Below, one piece after another: positions 1 to 15,425 of a DNA stretch of 45,770 nucleotides (the first letter of the stretch is position 1; each line of letters starts with the position of its first letter). The DNA comes from Priapulus caudatus (lineage: Eukaryota). Location: contig NW_014577062.1 of the NCBI RefSeq assembly GCF_000485595.1, positions 1,769,909 through 1,815,678 of the forward strand, given 5' to 3'. A program made the position numbers and the translations under genes. The notes under the pieces are model-generated. The model made no database searches and had not been told where the DNA came from. It worked only from the letters and a program-made list of their open reading frames with translations.

Positions 1-1442
1 AGATATATAGATAGATATATAGATAGATAGAGAGAGAGAGAACGAAAGCCAGAGGCCGAGAGAAAGCTCTCTGTTTGCCCCGGCGGTGCGCCTATGTCGC
101 CGAACACGTTGCTCTTTTTTCTGAACACGATTACGACCGAGCGCCGCCATTATTCCGTCACGTGGCGTCCACAATTGATATTCATTTCATGCGCCGCCTG
201 TGTTCCATAAACATGTTGCGTCGATTTATGGCGGCGCGTGCGTGCTCGCCGCTGCCGCTTCGTCGGCGCGGAGAGGAGCGGAGAAGGGCCATCAGCTCTC
301 CGTGGGGTCTCCGTAATTAGGTAGCGAACAGTTGCAAATAAAGCGGCCGCCCGCCGCTCGGCGTAATATGAATATATTGGCGTCCCGTCGCGGGAGGCGC
401 TTGCAAGCGGAAAATGCAGAAAAGCGCACAAAATTCGGGAGTAATTACGATTTTAAAGCTGATACGCTCTGGACAAGACCGCGCAGTGTATTTTAAATTC
501 GCCCGCCCAGGCCATGCATGCATGCGTATAGTACGGAGAGCACTCTACCCACCAGATGAACATCGCGACTACCCCAACGCCTGATTGATCGATCAATGCC
601 AGCTTTTGCAGTGGAAGATCGATCTGTCTATTCTCTATTAGTCCCGTGGACGCGGCAGCCTATCCGTCACCCAGCAACTATATACGCGCCATCCGGTCTA
701 CCCAGGTATACGCGGATGTGTTACGTCATCCGCGTGTAATTAAGTCATCGAGCCGCTGTGTAGTAACACAGGGTGTAAAATCTGTAAGGCTAATTCTGCC
801 GCTAGCATATGCCACTTATTGCGATCAACGGATCATTGTAATAACCGCCATAATTCACCTTATCCGCGACCAATCGGCGTCATTGTCGCTGTAACGTATA
901 TCCAATCAGCACGGATAGCTCGCTAAAGTATCCAATCACTTTAAAAATCCTTGCAATAACCTTTGCAGTAGGACATGGTGTGTGTGTTATGCATGTCTTC
1001 CCATTCGAGTCTTCCCATTATGTCTTCCCATTCAAATAAAAGGCCGCGCCGGCACATCTTATATGCGTTGTTGATCAATAAATTAATGCTAACCAATTTC
1101 TCTGCGGTGCATATGGGAACAATCAACAATCAAATTAATATAATTTCATTTCATGTCAGCGCACGATGATTGGCAACACTCGTTTCGTTACCAGATTTTT
1201 AATTAGACGGCAACTGGCGCCGTGTTCCTGTCAGCTCAACGTTATCGTAAACTTGTTCTCTGGTGTCTGAGCGATATGCGCACAACTCAGGAGGTCTCTT
1301 CGAGGCGTATTTTCGCTCGCCTGCATGTTACAGGGCTATAAGCCACATGGCTAATTATACTATATACGAATATATGCGAGTCCTCGGCGCGATTCCAAGG
1401 AAACAAGCGACAGAGACTGTCACAAACTTGCGCAGCTCTGTT

Positions 1443-1860
1443 GGCCGTCGCACACCTACCCAAAAATCGGTCCGATTAAAAAATCTCTTCATCGTTTGTA
1501 AAATCGCACACCTACGATAAAATTGATTATTTAAATCTCCCTCAATTTCGTTCGTCCACGCTTTGTCTATGGTAGGCGCCATTTTGAATGTCATGTGACA
1601 CGGGCACGTTCAGCTATTGGCTGTTCAATATTTATCGTAGAGAATTTTTCTGAGTTCACGCGCACACCACAAAATCTTGTCGGATTACACAAAATCGCTT
1701 CAAAATAATCGGTTCAAAATCAAACATGTTTGATTCGGAACGATCACCCGATAATCGTAAGTAAAATCGTCTACAAATGAACGCGCACACCTACCCGATA
1801 TCGGCTGATTTTTATCGGGCCGATCAAATCGCGTGAAAAATCGGCTGGTGTGCGACGGCC
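1443..1860. mobile_element. Non-autonomous TIR element (MITE), PIF/Harbinger-like termini
   Basis: 14-bp perfect TIR GGCCGTCGCACACC (1443-1456) / GGTGTGCGACGGCC (1847-1860). Internal repeats of CGCACACC and AAAATCG. No clear TSD, so the superfamily is tentative. Confidence 0.7.
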
Positions 1861-2889
1861 TGACAGCTGTAGAGCCGATATTGATGAATTCGTGTGAGCA
1901 GACAGTTGAGAGATCTCTATACGCGAGAGATGGTTTGAAATCGGTTTTATTAATTAAGGCTCAAACGTGACTGAAGAAATTCGTTTAATAGTGATTGTAA
2001 TTCTATTTAAAAACTCGTACAGGGCGCACTTAAAATCGAGCAAATGTATATTTAGTTCTATAATAGCGAATACACCGTAACTAGGATCTTCAGTCTTCAC
2101 ACACGTTTCTATTTATGCATGTACATATGAAATGCAGTCTATTTTAGGTTCGCAGTTCGACTTCGATGTTATGTAATCTGCGTCTAGCGCCGGTATTAGG
2201 GCCGCTGCAGGGCCACAGGAAGGGGATAAGACCGCTGGCTAGCAGCTGGACGGTGGCCGCCGCCAGCAGCCATGCTCGTGCGGCGTGGGAACGCCGATAC
2301 CCAATACGACACCGTAGCAGCAGGATAACGGCGCGAGCGTATGGCGCTGTCTGTGTGCTGCACTGGGTAGACTTAGTGTTACATGCAAGACGCATTATAT
2401 CAGGAGTTAATAAAGACAAATTTGTCTTTATTAACTCCTGATATATATATATATATATATACACATAAACAGAACAATTCTGTATGTAGGTGCGCACATG
2501 TGGGGTTGTTATATAGTGCATGGGTAACATCTATATGAATTGCGTGCGCCTTACGACGGCATGCGTAATAAATGCATGCATGTAATGCTAACGCGATTCT
2601 TACCTCAGGTGCCTATACTTCGACGTAAAATAAATTCTCTAAGCTCAACCGCTATATGGTTACGACCGGCGTGCTGTTCTACTGTTGCCGCCCTCCTCGT
2701 GGTTGCCAGGTGACGCAGTAACTGACACGTGACGAAGAAGCGACGGGATGTAAAATCACAGCATGGGAACGCGGAACATGTATAGCAGTCGGTTATAGGC
2801 GGCATGTGAGATGCTAATAAATGCGTCAATGTGTAGAAGCTTCGTTAATGCAAGCCGCCTGGGAACCACTAGATTAGACACAGAGGGAT

Positions 2890-3115
2890 TACTGAGGCAA
2901 GCTGCTACTAGTTGAATCGCGTAGCAGCCTAGCCAACGAAAGATGCTGCTGCTATAACTTACTCACATGGTAGCCTAGCTAACTTAAGAAGCTAGAAGTT
3001 GAGGTACATGGCAGCACTGGTAACGCAAGCAGCTACAAATGAAATACATATCAGTCTAACTAACGCAAGATGCTACAGGTTGAGATACATAACAGCTATA
3101 GCAGAAGACGCACGC
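2890..3115. repeat. Degenerate ~40-bp tandem repeat
   Basis: Recurring TAACGCAAG-n-GCTACA-n-TGA-n-TACAT unit, about 5 diverged copies. Confidence 0.5.
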
Positions 3116-3231
3116 TCCTAAAAGATGAGTATAAAAACCGCCATCCACGTACAATAAAAGTCAGCTCGGGCGCTGTTTAGCGCGACAACAAGATCTGTCG
3201 CAGCAGCAGAATCACCAGTAGTAGCGCTCAA

Positions 3232-3473
3232 GGGGTCGTTGTCGTATCAGGTACTACAGATATGTACCCGAGGTACATATATGTATACACAAAGTGTACC
3301 AGACTTGTACTATAGAAGTGTACCCTAACCCTAACACTAACCCTAACCCTAACCCTAATCCTAACCCTAACCCTAACCCTAAACATACCTCATATAAAAA
3401 TATAAACATAATACTAAACAACCGAAAACTACCTCGGGTACATATCTGTAGTACCTGATACGACAACGACCCC
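3232..3473. mobile_element. MITE with 44-bp perfect TIRs enclosing a (CCCTAA)10 tract
   Basis: GGGGTCGTTGTCGTATCAGGTACTACAGATATGTACCCGAGGTA at 3232-3275 and its exact reverse complement at 3430-3473. Telomere-type tract at 3323-3382. No TSD seen. Confidence 0.85.
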
Positions 3474-4680
3474 ATCTGCAGTAGTAGCGGCAAACAGCAG
3501 CAGCAGCGTAGGTAAAGGGAGAGCGGGTAACCAGCATGGCAAGAGCGCGCAGACAGACGCCATTGTATGTGCATGAAGAGGCGTGAAATTCACAAAAGCG
3601 GCCCACGATAAGAGAGAAGTGGGCGACTGATTGCACAGGTTGATCCGGCATTGAGTAATGCAGACGATATAGCCTTGAGCGAGACAGCAGTCGCCGTCCT
3701 GCAACTGTATACTTGTCATTCTGACCGCGGTCTTCGTAACTGATACAGCTGTTATAGACTGTTTGTCTTAACTAGCCGCACAGAGCGCTTAAGTGTTTGT
3801 GTGTACGTTTGCATGCGCGTGCGCGTGTGCGCCTATTACGTGTTCACAAGTGCATCCCAGTGCGTATGGGTTCGTATGTAATCATTCATATATTTATATA
3901 ATTATAATTATACGTATAAATAAACAAACAAACAAATAAACAAAAATAAATATATAATATAATTAAAAATTATATATATATGTGCGCGCGTGCGTGCGTG
4001 CGTACGTGCGAGCGTACGTGATTATTTTTATGTGGATCTGCGTTCATTTTAATCACCAATCTCTAAACGAAAAATGTCGCCTAATTATTGAGATTTAATC
4101 GCAAATAAAAAAAACAATTATTAATTAGTTATAAATTCTGGTGCGATATCAAATCTCGTTCAGTGCGCATGCGCGCGGGCCTTGGCCCTCCCTGGGTGGC
4201 AGACAGCGCGCAGACATCCGGTGATCCGTCATCCGGTATAAGCTAGGCCGGGGGTTGATCCAGCACACGAGTGTCGCACATTATTAAAGTGCATGTGGCG
4301 CCAGCCGACCAGTGGTTGTTTACGCGGCAAAACTGCTAAGTATGCCACCGGTTCTTTTATTAGCTACCAATGCTGTAATTGTATACTTAGTATGACATTT
4401 ATTGTATTGCGTGTATCGAAAGACACCATTCGTGACGCCTATAGCGTCAACCCTGCAGCCACTTTTCTCTTGCATCCAGAATCAAATTATGTCAGACATG
4501 CACCGTCTACGTGTAGAAGCTTTGGCGTTGATCAAGCGCCATGTATATTATAAAAAATATAAAAAATAAATAAATAAATACAATAATTCTATAATAAATT
4601 TAACTGATAATAATAAATTTCTCTACGTATAAGCGCGCGCGTATGTGCCTGCGCATATATGCACGCGTGCTCGTACGTGT

Positions 4681-4797
<117 letters not shown>

Positions 4798-6139
4798 GCG
4801 TGTGTGCGCGATGTACGCGCGTTTGTGTACGGTTGTAGTAGTTATGTGTGCGTTCATTCAGGTGTGCATCGGTTGTTACACAGAGTTACTAAGTGTTTTA
4901 ACACGCAAGCGGACACGGCGGTTCTAGTATTGTATGGTAATCTTCGTCAAGCCGTTAGCAATTTCTTACTGCGTGAACTTTAATAGTTCTCAAGGTGGAA
5001 CAACATATTTGGAAATCATTTTAAAGCTAGTATGTACGCCCGTATGCAATGGGTCATGTTTTGAATTTTCCTTGCGTGCAAATTGCACGCGTCTTATCGT
5101 GTGGCGTTCATGCATGAATATATTAGTAATAAACACGACTTCAAATAGAGAGTTACCATTTATACTTCATTGTATAATAAAAATTTATTTAATTCTACTT
5201 TCTCACAAAACTGTTTTTCTTTATTTTGTTTTGCTACGTCTACTTCGTATAATTATACAATGTAGTACGACAATCCCGACCGTACAGCTTTCACGAAATT
5301 AATTACTAGATCTTTTTAGTCATGTAAGTAAATTGTTCCTTGTATACATAATTACAAAGATGTCGGATCATTTCGTATAAATGATGTATTGCTGATGTTT
5401 GCTGTAGGCAGACTGCACGCCCGAGTAGGCCTAATGTTTATATAAGCGTAGATAATTTAACACGAACACGTGATTTCACCAGTATAATAGCAACCGCATG
5501 GGTTTATTTTTATACGAAAATTATCTTATTTACAATATTTACATTATAACACCGTGTGAAACACAACAGTAAATTACAATTATTTACATATAAATGCATA
5601 ATATATATATAATAATAATGTATACGACACATAGTAACCGTAAAGCGTGAAATTGTACACATATATATAGAGAGAAATTCAGATATAGATACAATCTTTA
5701 TGGCTAATATGACATTTGATGATTGATACATCTGTATGATTATAGCCGTGTCAATACGAATGTGTTAAAATCAGAAACACGTTATTTACTACAAACCTGG
5801 ACGCTAGGGAAATCAATACCCAATCATTATCTAATCGTGAAACCAATTCAAGAAATTCAATCGATCGTGTCCTAAGACCCTGAAAACATAACTAAATTTT
5901 AACCGCCTCTTTAAGTTCATTTCATCAGAAAATCGTCAGTGAGAAACAACAAATTAAAAGCGGAATTATTCCTGTGATTTCGCGACCGGTTTTAAGCGTC
6001 GGAGTCGCTTGAGTTTCGAGTTTGCACTCATCGTTACTTACTGCGTCGTTACAGCCAGCGTCTACCAGAATTGCGTTAATACGCTTTTCATCTAAACAAC
6101 AACGCCGGTTACAGCACGGGTTTCTTTCTTCAACCAACA

Positions 6140-7077
<938 letters not shown>

Positions 7078-7448
7078 CCCTTCTCTTCTTTCATTCCAGC
7101 TCTTTCTTTCTTCCCGCTCTCACTATTAGTATTAGGGCTACTTTCCGTTTCCCTGAAATATTCGCACGCATATAGCAGTGAGTATCTAAATTCAAAACAG
7201 CTGATGAAGTAAGAAACGCCAATATTATTGCTGGGGGAATATGCGTATACCGGCGCTGTGGAGGGTTGGTCGGGTTTCAGCTAGCTAGAAGTACATAATT
7301 CATGCTGTCAACGCAGAATTTCCGCTACTTATACTGGAAGAAACGAATGCCGCGTTCGGAACCATCGACATCGTAACGAGAAACGATTATTACTCGTTAT
7401 ATCTCTGTTTTCCGTTAAAAACCCACTGATGCTAAATATAGTTTGCGA

Positions 7449-7454
7449 TTTATT
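7449..7454 (-). terminator. Candidate Msx polyadenylation signal
   Basis: AATAAA on the minus strand ~650 nt after the stop codon, followed ~25 nt downstream by a GU/U-rich GTGGGTTTTT. Confidence 0.5.
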
Positions 7455-8103
7455 CATATGTAGATCAACTACTTACATCGGTTATAATAAACGAGTATCG
7501 ACCAGGGTCGGGTAGAGAGTCAAAGCATGCGTGTGTTCAAGACCGTAATAATAATAGCGACGTATAATGAAACTATATGACATCGAATAACGCATAGCGA
7601 TTGACATAAATACGTATAAAAAACGTTGACGAACGAGCGAAGGACTGCTATGAGTAATCAGCCGCTCGCATCGCCGGCGGCAGGCCATGGATCGTGTCCC
7701 CACTTGAAAAGAAGTCGCGCGCGCCTCACGTCTGTCCTGTTGCCTCGACCCCGCTACACGCGAGAATAGGTTTATAGCCGCGTCGACAGAGAACCGCAAA
7801 CTGAGCGCCCGCCTCTCAGCGTGACCAGCATCATCCTGCTTGCTGCGTCTAGCGTCTGCCATCAGCTTATCTATATCGCTGTCTCTGCGAGGCGCGAAGG
7901 AACGGTCGCCAGCCGTGCAGGAACCGTGCAGACGATGTTGATGAATGCGGATCATGGGTTAGGAGGCGCGGTAAGGAGGAGCAGGGGGGAGCGGCGTCGC
8001 GTGGGCTGAAGAAAGCTCTCGTACTATTTACACCACTCTCGCTCATATAGCTGATTACGTGCTCGGCTTACGTGCGAGGCGTGTGGCTGGACACCATCGA
8101 TCA

Positions 8104-10409
<2,306 letters not shown>

Positions 10410-10785
10410 TCGTCGGTGACGTTCTGCTGCCGTTGAGCCACGAGAAGTTCGTCGGGCAGGAGGCCCAGCTAACGGACACGTCGGCAGGCGGCGGGATGCT
10501 GATCTGCGGCGGAATCATGTACTCTTTGCCGACCGGCTGCGGCGAATCTAGCTCCAGGATTCCCTCGACGGTGAAGGGCCGCTTGCCTTCGCGCCGCGTT
10601 CTGTCAGAGTCCTTCGCTATCAGCGACTCGACGCTGAAGCTGCTACACGTCTCCTTCGTCGGGCTGCTGTTCGTCGTCGTCGTCGTCGGTGGCGGCGTCG
10701 TCGGCGGCGACCGTCGGTTACTCGGCTGCAGCCGACTGAACGCCGACGTCGTGCCCGACTGCAGGGAGATGTTGCTGTGCATCAT
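10410..10785 (-). CDS. Msx: Msx homeobox protein, exon 1
   Basis: AACATGATG start. eh1 motifs FSVESLI (10638-10618) and FTVEGIL (10575-10555). Trp motif FSWLN before the donor. Phase matches exon 2, giving 264 aa in total. Confidence 0.92.
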
Positions 10786-10949
10786 GTTCGTTGCTGTCTT
10801 CGTTGGCGGCGCGCTCTGTCTCTCTCTCTCTCGCGCAACTGAGAATCTGATGCAGCTGGTTTCCTGAGCGGTTGTCACTGGCCTTATAGCACACAGGCAC
10901 GATGCGCGACGCGATGTGTGTCGGTGTGTGTCAGCGTGTGAGTGTGTGC

Positions 10950-11400
10950 GACGGCACTGACTGGCTGGCACGACAGTGAGCCGGTAGAGCTGCGGGCGCT
11001 AGCTAAGACCTCGCGTCCACGCATCTGGTCGTGACGTCACGCTGAGCATTTTAGCTAATTGGCGCGGCGGTAAATAGCAGATAATAGATAATAAATTGCC
11101 TGTTTATAAATACAAACCACTCGTTGCGGCGCTTTATTGCCGCCGAGGCACCTCATCGGGTAAACACGCGGATTAGCATTGGGACGTGGGCGTGGCCGTG
11201 CGCGCGCAGCGCTCCAATCGCAGCCGGCAGCAGGCAGCGGTGGGCGTGGCTGCGCGGCGGTGCGACGCAGGCGCGGGGGAGCGAGCTTCCAATATTGGAA
11301 GCGCCGAGCGGCCGGCGTTTATTGCTCGAGCGTACTCCCAAAAGAGTGATCAATTGCGAGTGTCTTTAAGAAGGCTAATTGGCATGGCGAGCAATCTGTC
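10950..11400 (-). promoter_or_regulatory. Msx proximal promoter region
   Basis: CpG-rich and immediately 5' of exon 1. Palindromic CRE GTGACGTCAC at 11031-11040, TTTATAAA at 11103-11110, several CCAAT/ATTGG boxes, two identical GCTAATTGGC (11054-11063, 11374-11383), Inr-like TCAGT at 10960-10956. TSS not determined. Confidence 0.6.
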
Positions 11401-12314
11401 ACGCAGCTGTCACGACGAAGAATGGCAGTGTCATGGCAGACGAACATCGTTCGCTTGCAGGCGCCATCGCGCGGGCCCATCAAAGGCCATAAACCTCCCG
11501 TCCTATATGCATCTCAAAACTGTTATACACCGCCCTGCGGAATCACTTAATGCAACGGCCGAGATAGGCCGGTGACTAGTGTGCCCGCGGCTGCCATATA
11601 CACGCCGCCGACCACGAAAATCTACCTTAACGCCTCAAAGGCGCGACTATAAACCCGAGCGCCCGTAATGGACGGTGTCGTAAACCCGATGATTTACTAG
11701 GAGTCGATGCAGAGTTGGCGGCGGCGGCGAGATATTCGCGTCTCTTGTCACCGGTCACCGTTAGATTTCGCCCCGCGCTCCCGTCTTACGCGACAGCATG
11801 TGTGACACGAGCACGGCTACTAGCGAGAAGCCGCTACGGACTCCACTCGACAACGGCTACTAATACAAAAGAAGAGCTTTTTCGCCAATGCGCTACAGAA
11901 GAGATAGCCGTAAGCTCAAGTAAGCGCGAACATCGGGTATTATCAAACATAAAATGTATTATCAAATATAAATGTAATATCAAATATAAAATCAAATATA
12001 ATCGTATATGACCAAAAATGCGAGCATGCAGACGAGACAAGTTCGCGATGAGCATAGACGACGTTTTATAAAAAGCTACTACGTCACGAAGAGTACACGC
12101 GTATATGTGTGTGTGTTCTGGCATTTTAGTGCGTTTTTTTTTATAGACACCTCTCGCGATCGTAGACTGTCAACAATGAGAGACTCGATCAAAATAAGCC
12201 GTTCTATTCGCTGTGAAAATTGAATTTCAGCGCGGAGTTAGTAGTAACGTAAATGTCGCGATCACAGTGCCCTTGTGTGCAGGTGCGGCACATGCGCAGC
12301 GCGTGCGCGCGGTG

Positions 12315-12396
12315 CAGGTATTGTGCAGGTATACGGCAGGTATTGTGCAGGTATACGACAGGTATTGTGCAGGTATACGACAGGTATTGTGCAGGT
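12315..12396. repeat. 22-bp tandem repeat CAGGTATTGTGCAGGTATACGR x3.7
   Basis: Read directly from the sequence. Confidence 0.9.
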
Positions 12397-14364
12397 GTAG
12401 CGTCATTATGGAGGAGCTAATGCACGGCGCTACAAAAACCCTACACCTGTTCGCTAGTGGGATAATTGTGTGACCAGACAAACGAAAGCATAAATTATTA
12501 GCAAGTGTCCGATAGTGAGGTATTGTCATATAATAAGATATCCATGATTTCCACAGATGGTGGATGGGCTGGGAGGATGGATGAATGCATTGTACTCAAA
12601 GTGTAAAGACTGAAATTTCTTTCTGATATATCAATAACAGGCGTCACCACCCAAGATAATGTATGTGTATACGCTCTGGGAAAGTATTTGTGACAATTCC
12701 AGCTTGTCTATACGTGTTTAGCAGCGACAACAGTGCAACCAACCGCTCTCGCTTCAACTTAATCAGCTGTAACGTGGCAATGACGAACATTCACCATGTA
12801 TTTTTTTCTTGCGCAGTAAATTAGTTTCATACTAGCTTAATCAACCAATTTAAATGCTGTTTCTAAACCACCTAAAAATAGACTTGCTGTACACAATATT
12901 CGAACGCACTAGTTTTACGGAATGCGCATCCTCTCCTCTACCTTGGTCTCTTCTCCTCTCATGAGCACCCCCTTTCTTTTCCTTTTCTCTCCTTTCCTCT
13001 ACTCTCATCTCTTCGCCTCTCCTCTTCTTCCTTCCTCATCTCCCCTGCTCATTTCTCCTATACAAGTTACTTCTCATCTCACATCGTTTTGTTTTAATCG
13101 TCTCGTTTTTCGTACTCTCGCCGCTCCCACATATCTCCCCTATCTGCTCCTCTTTCTTCATATTTCCTCTCCTTCCTCTCTCTCCCTCATCCCCTGTCCA
13201 TTTAGACTCCCTTTTCGTTTAACGCCTCTGTGGGTCGCACCGCACCTTCTCTCTAATCCCCTCCTGGTTAGCGGCAGATGAACGTGCGCATAAACTGTTA
13301 GAAAAATGGCGAAAACCTGGGTCGTATTATTAATAGTTTTAACACGACCGTCGATCCGTGAAATCAGCGCCCCTTAATTGTGAACACCGACTACGGGGAA
13401 TCGTAATTGAGTGCTGCTGGATGGGCTGATTGTGTCATAACGTAGCCGCCTATAAGGAGATGACATTTGCTAGGATTTTACAGCCGCAATGCTCGTATGT
13501 TTTATAGCTGACCGTATATAGCTCGAGGTTTATTGCGGGCCATTTCAACGGCCCTCGACAATGGGCCGCCATTTAATAATGAGGAACACTCGACTTTACG
13601 AGGGTCGTTCCTCGGCCGGACAATAGAGGGCGGTCTCGGCAGGCAGTCGTTGTTTACTGCAGCACTCCACATGAAGGGGACGTCGGCTTGCAATGCAATA
13701 GCAGTTTTACGGCTGTCATATATATCGCGGCACGATATACGCCCTGGGTACGGTATATGGACTCACGGCCAGAGGGCTTAGTTTTCTAGATGTTTGTCGC
13801 ATCTCCTGACAGATGGCATAGAGATGACAATTATGAATTCAGCGGAGGAGCCGCCATGTTGACGAACCCTATATATAGTACGGAAATGTAAATAACATAC
13901 ATCCTAAACAGATTAGTTATGGAATACCACAGCATCATTAGCATGTGGTAAGAGTGTATTTTATTTGTTCGCTCTAGCTCGTCATACTCGTGAGCGTACA
14001 AAAAATGTAGGCTATATCGTTCTAACGAAGCGTCGACGTGTTTTAGCCTCGCTAACAGGAGCAAATAATCCACGAGTTTTCGAATTCACTCGAAATCGTT
14101 TTGTGCACGCAGCGGTCACGCGTGCGATGTTGTTCGACCATTGTGTAGCTAATAACGCGAACTGATTTCTGCGCGCGTGCGTATCGCGGTCGCACCACGC
14201 ATGGTTTATGCATGAACCGGAGTCCAACGCTTATGCTCGCGTGGGCTGGTGATGAATGGAGCACAAGAGCGAGCCAAATCTTGATAAAAATAAATCGCGG
14301 CCGCGCCTCGCAAGGGAGCCAACGACAATGTTGGCAGGCGAATTCATCGCGCATCGGGCGAGAC

Positions 14365-14975
14365 GCCCGCGTGCACGGGTCAGCCCGCGTGCACGGGTCA
14401 GCCCGCGTACACGGGTCAGCCCGCATGCACGGGGCAGCCCGCGTGCACGGGTCAGCCCGCGTGCACGGGTCAGCCCGCGTGCACGGGTCAGCCCGCATGC
14501 ACGGGGCAGCCCGCATGCACGGGTCAGCTCGCGTGCACGAGCCAGCCCGCGTGCACGGGGCAGCCCGCGTGCACGAGCCAGCCCGCGTGCACGGGGCAGC
14601 CCGCGTGCACGGGTCAGCAGGCCAGCCCGCGTGCAGCGGGGCAGCGCCGCGTGCACGAGCCAGCCCGCCGTGCACGAGCCAGCCCCGCGATGGCAGGCGG
14701 GTCAGCTCGCCGTCGTCGGATAGCGGCCGCGTGCGGGGCCGCGCGTGCACGGGTCGAGCCCGCGTGGCTACGGGTCCCGCTCCGCGTGTACACGGATCAG
14801 GCGCCGCGTGGCGGGGGGCCCGGCGTGTCGGGGGCAGCCGCGCGTGCACGGGCAGCCCGCGTGTAGCGGGTCAGCCCGCGTGTACGGGTCAGCCCGCGGG
14901 CAGGGCATGCACGGGTTCCAGCCGCGCTTGGCACGGGGCAGCCGCGTGTAGCGGGTTCTGCAGGTCCCCGCGTGC
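14365..14975. repeat. 18-bp GC-rich minisatellite GCCCGCGTGCACGGGTCA
   Basis: About 14 clean units to ~14615, then degenerate. The same array occurs at 20151-20398. Confidence 0.93.
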
Positions 14976-14984
14976 CAACCGGGG

Positions 14985-15425
14985 GCGCGAATTTTTTTTT
15001 CCTCACCACATATCCGTCCGACAGAATCTGATTGTCTGTGATGGTTCATCCTCGTCTGCTGGATTGGTCTCAAAAACCCTTGTGCTGGCGTTATTAGGCT
15101 AGATGTCATGTGGGCTATTGTCTCCCATGCAAGCTCTTTCTGGGCGTAATGGAGTAGCAGCACGCAGCTTTAATGCTCTGAAAGGTCGGTGGTTCGAATC
15201 CACCGTTTGCTTGTTTAATTTTATTTTTTTTGTCTTTGTATTAGGCTTAGGGCTTAGGGTAGGGTTTAGGATTAGGGTTAGGGTAGGGTTTCGGGTTAGG
15301 TATTAGGGATTGGGTCCATAATGATCGCTATACCGTCATAATGATACGTCATATAAACAGACAATTAGAGCACGTCCCAGAAATTCTGGAATGGATAATG
15401 TTGGTTAGGAAAAAAACCTTCGCGC
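14985..15425. mobile_element. Degenerate TIR element containing a tRNA-derived segment and a (TTAGGG)n-like tract
   Basis: The left end GCGCGAA-T9-CCTCACCACATATCC...TCTGATTGTCTGT matches the reverse complement of the right end, GCGCGAAGG-T7-CCTAACCAACATTATCC...TCTAATTGTCTGT. The element is absent from the homologous position in the second copy (~20390). Tract at 15241-15307. Confidence 0.6.
15135..15205 (+). pseudogene. tRNA-derived sequence, tRNA-Asn(GTT)-like, with A and B boxes
   Basis: A-box-like GGGCGTAATGG at 15142-15152, B box GGTTCGAATCC at 15191-15201, T-arm hairpin CGGTGG-TTCGAAT-CCACCG. GAAAGGTCGGTGGTTCGAATCCACC resembles the animal tRNA-Asn 3' half. Acceptor stem and anticodon arm are not intact. 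Confidence 0.65.

Noticed and set aside
10786..10971. N-terminal extension of Msx from the GTG at 10971
   Set aside because: It has a non-ATG start and runs through CA/GA microsatellite-like sequence. The first in-frame ATG in good context is at 10785.
10950..11800. Canonical Mad/Medea/Schnurri element GRCGNC-N5-GTCT near Msx
   Set aside because: I looked by eye and found no exact match.
14365..14975. CRISPR-like palindromic repeat array
   Set aside because: The units are contiguous with no unique spacers, there are no cas genes, and the context is eukaryotic.
14052..15102. Long ORFs (265 and 296 aa) with RVHGSA/CTRADP repeats
   Set aside because: They are translations of the 18-bp minisatellite, which is open in several frames on both strands.
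15135..15205. Functional tRNA gene
   Set aside because: The acceptor stem cannot form and the anticodon arm is degenerate.
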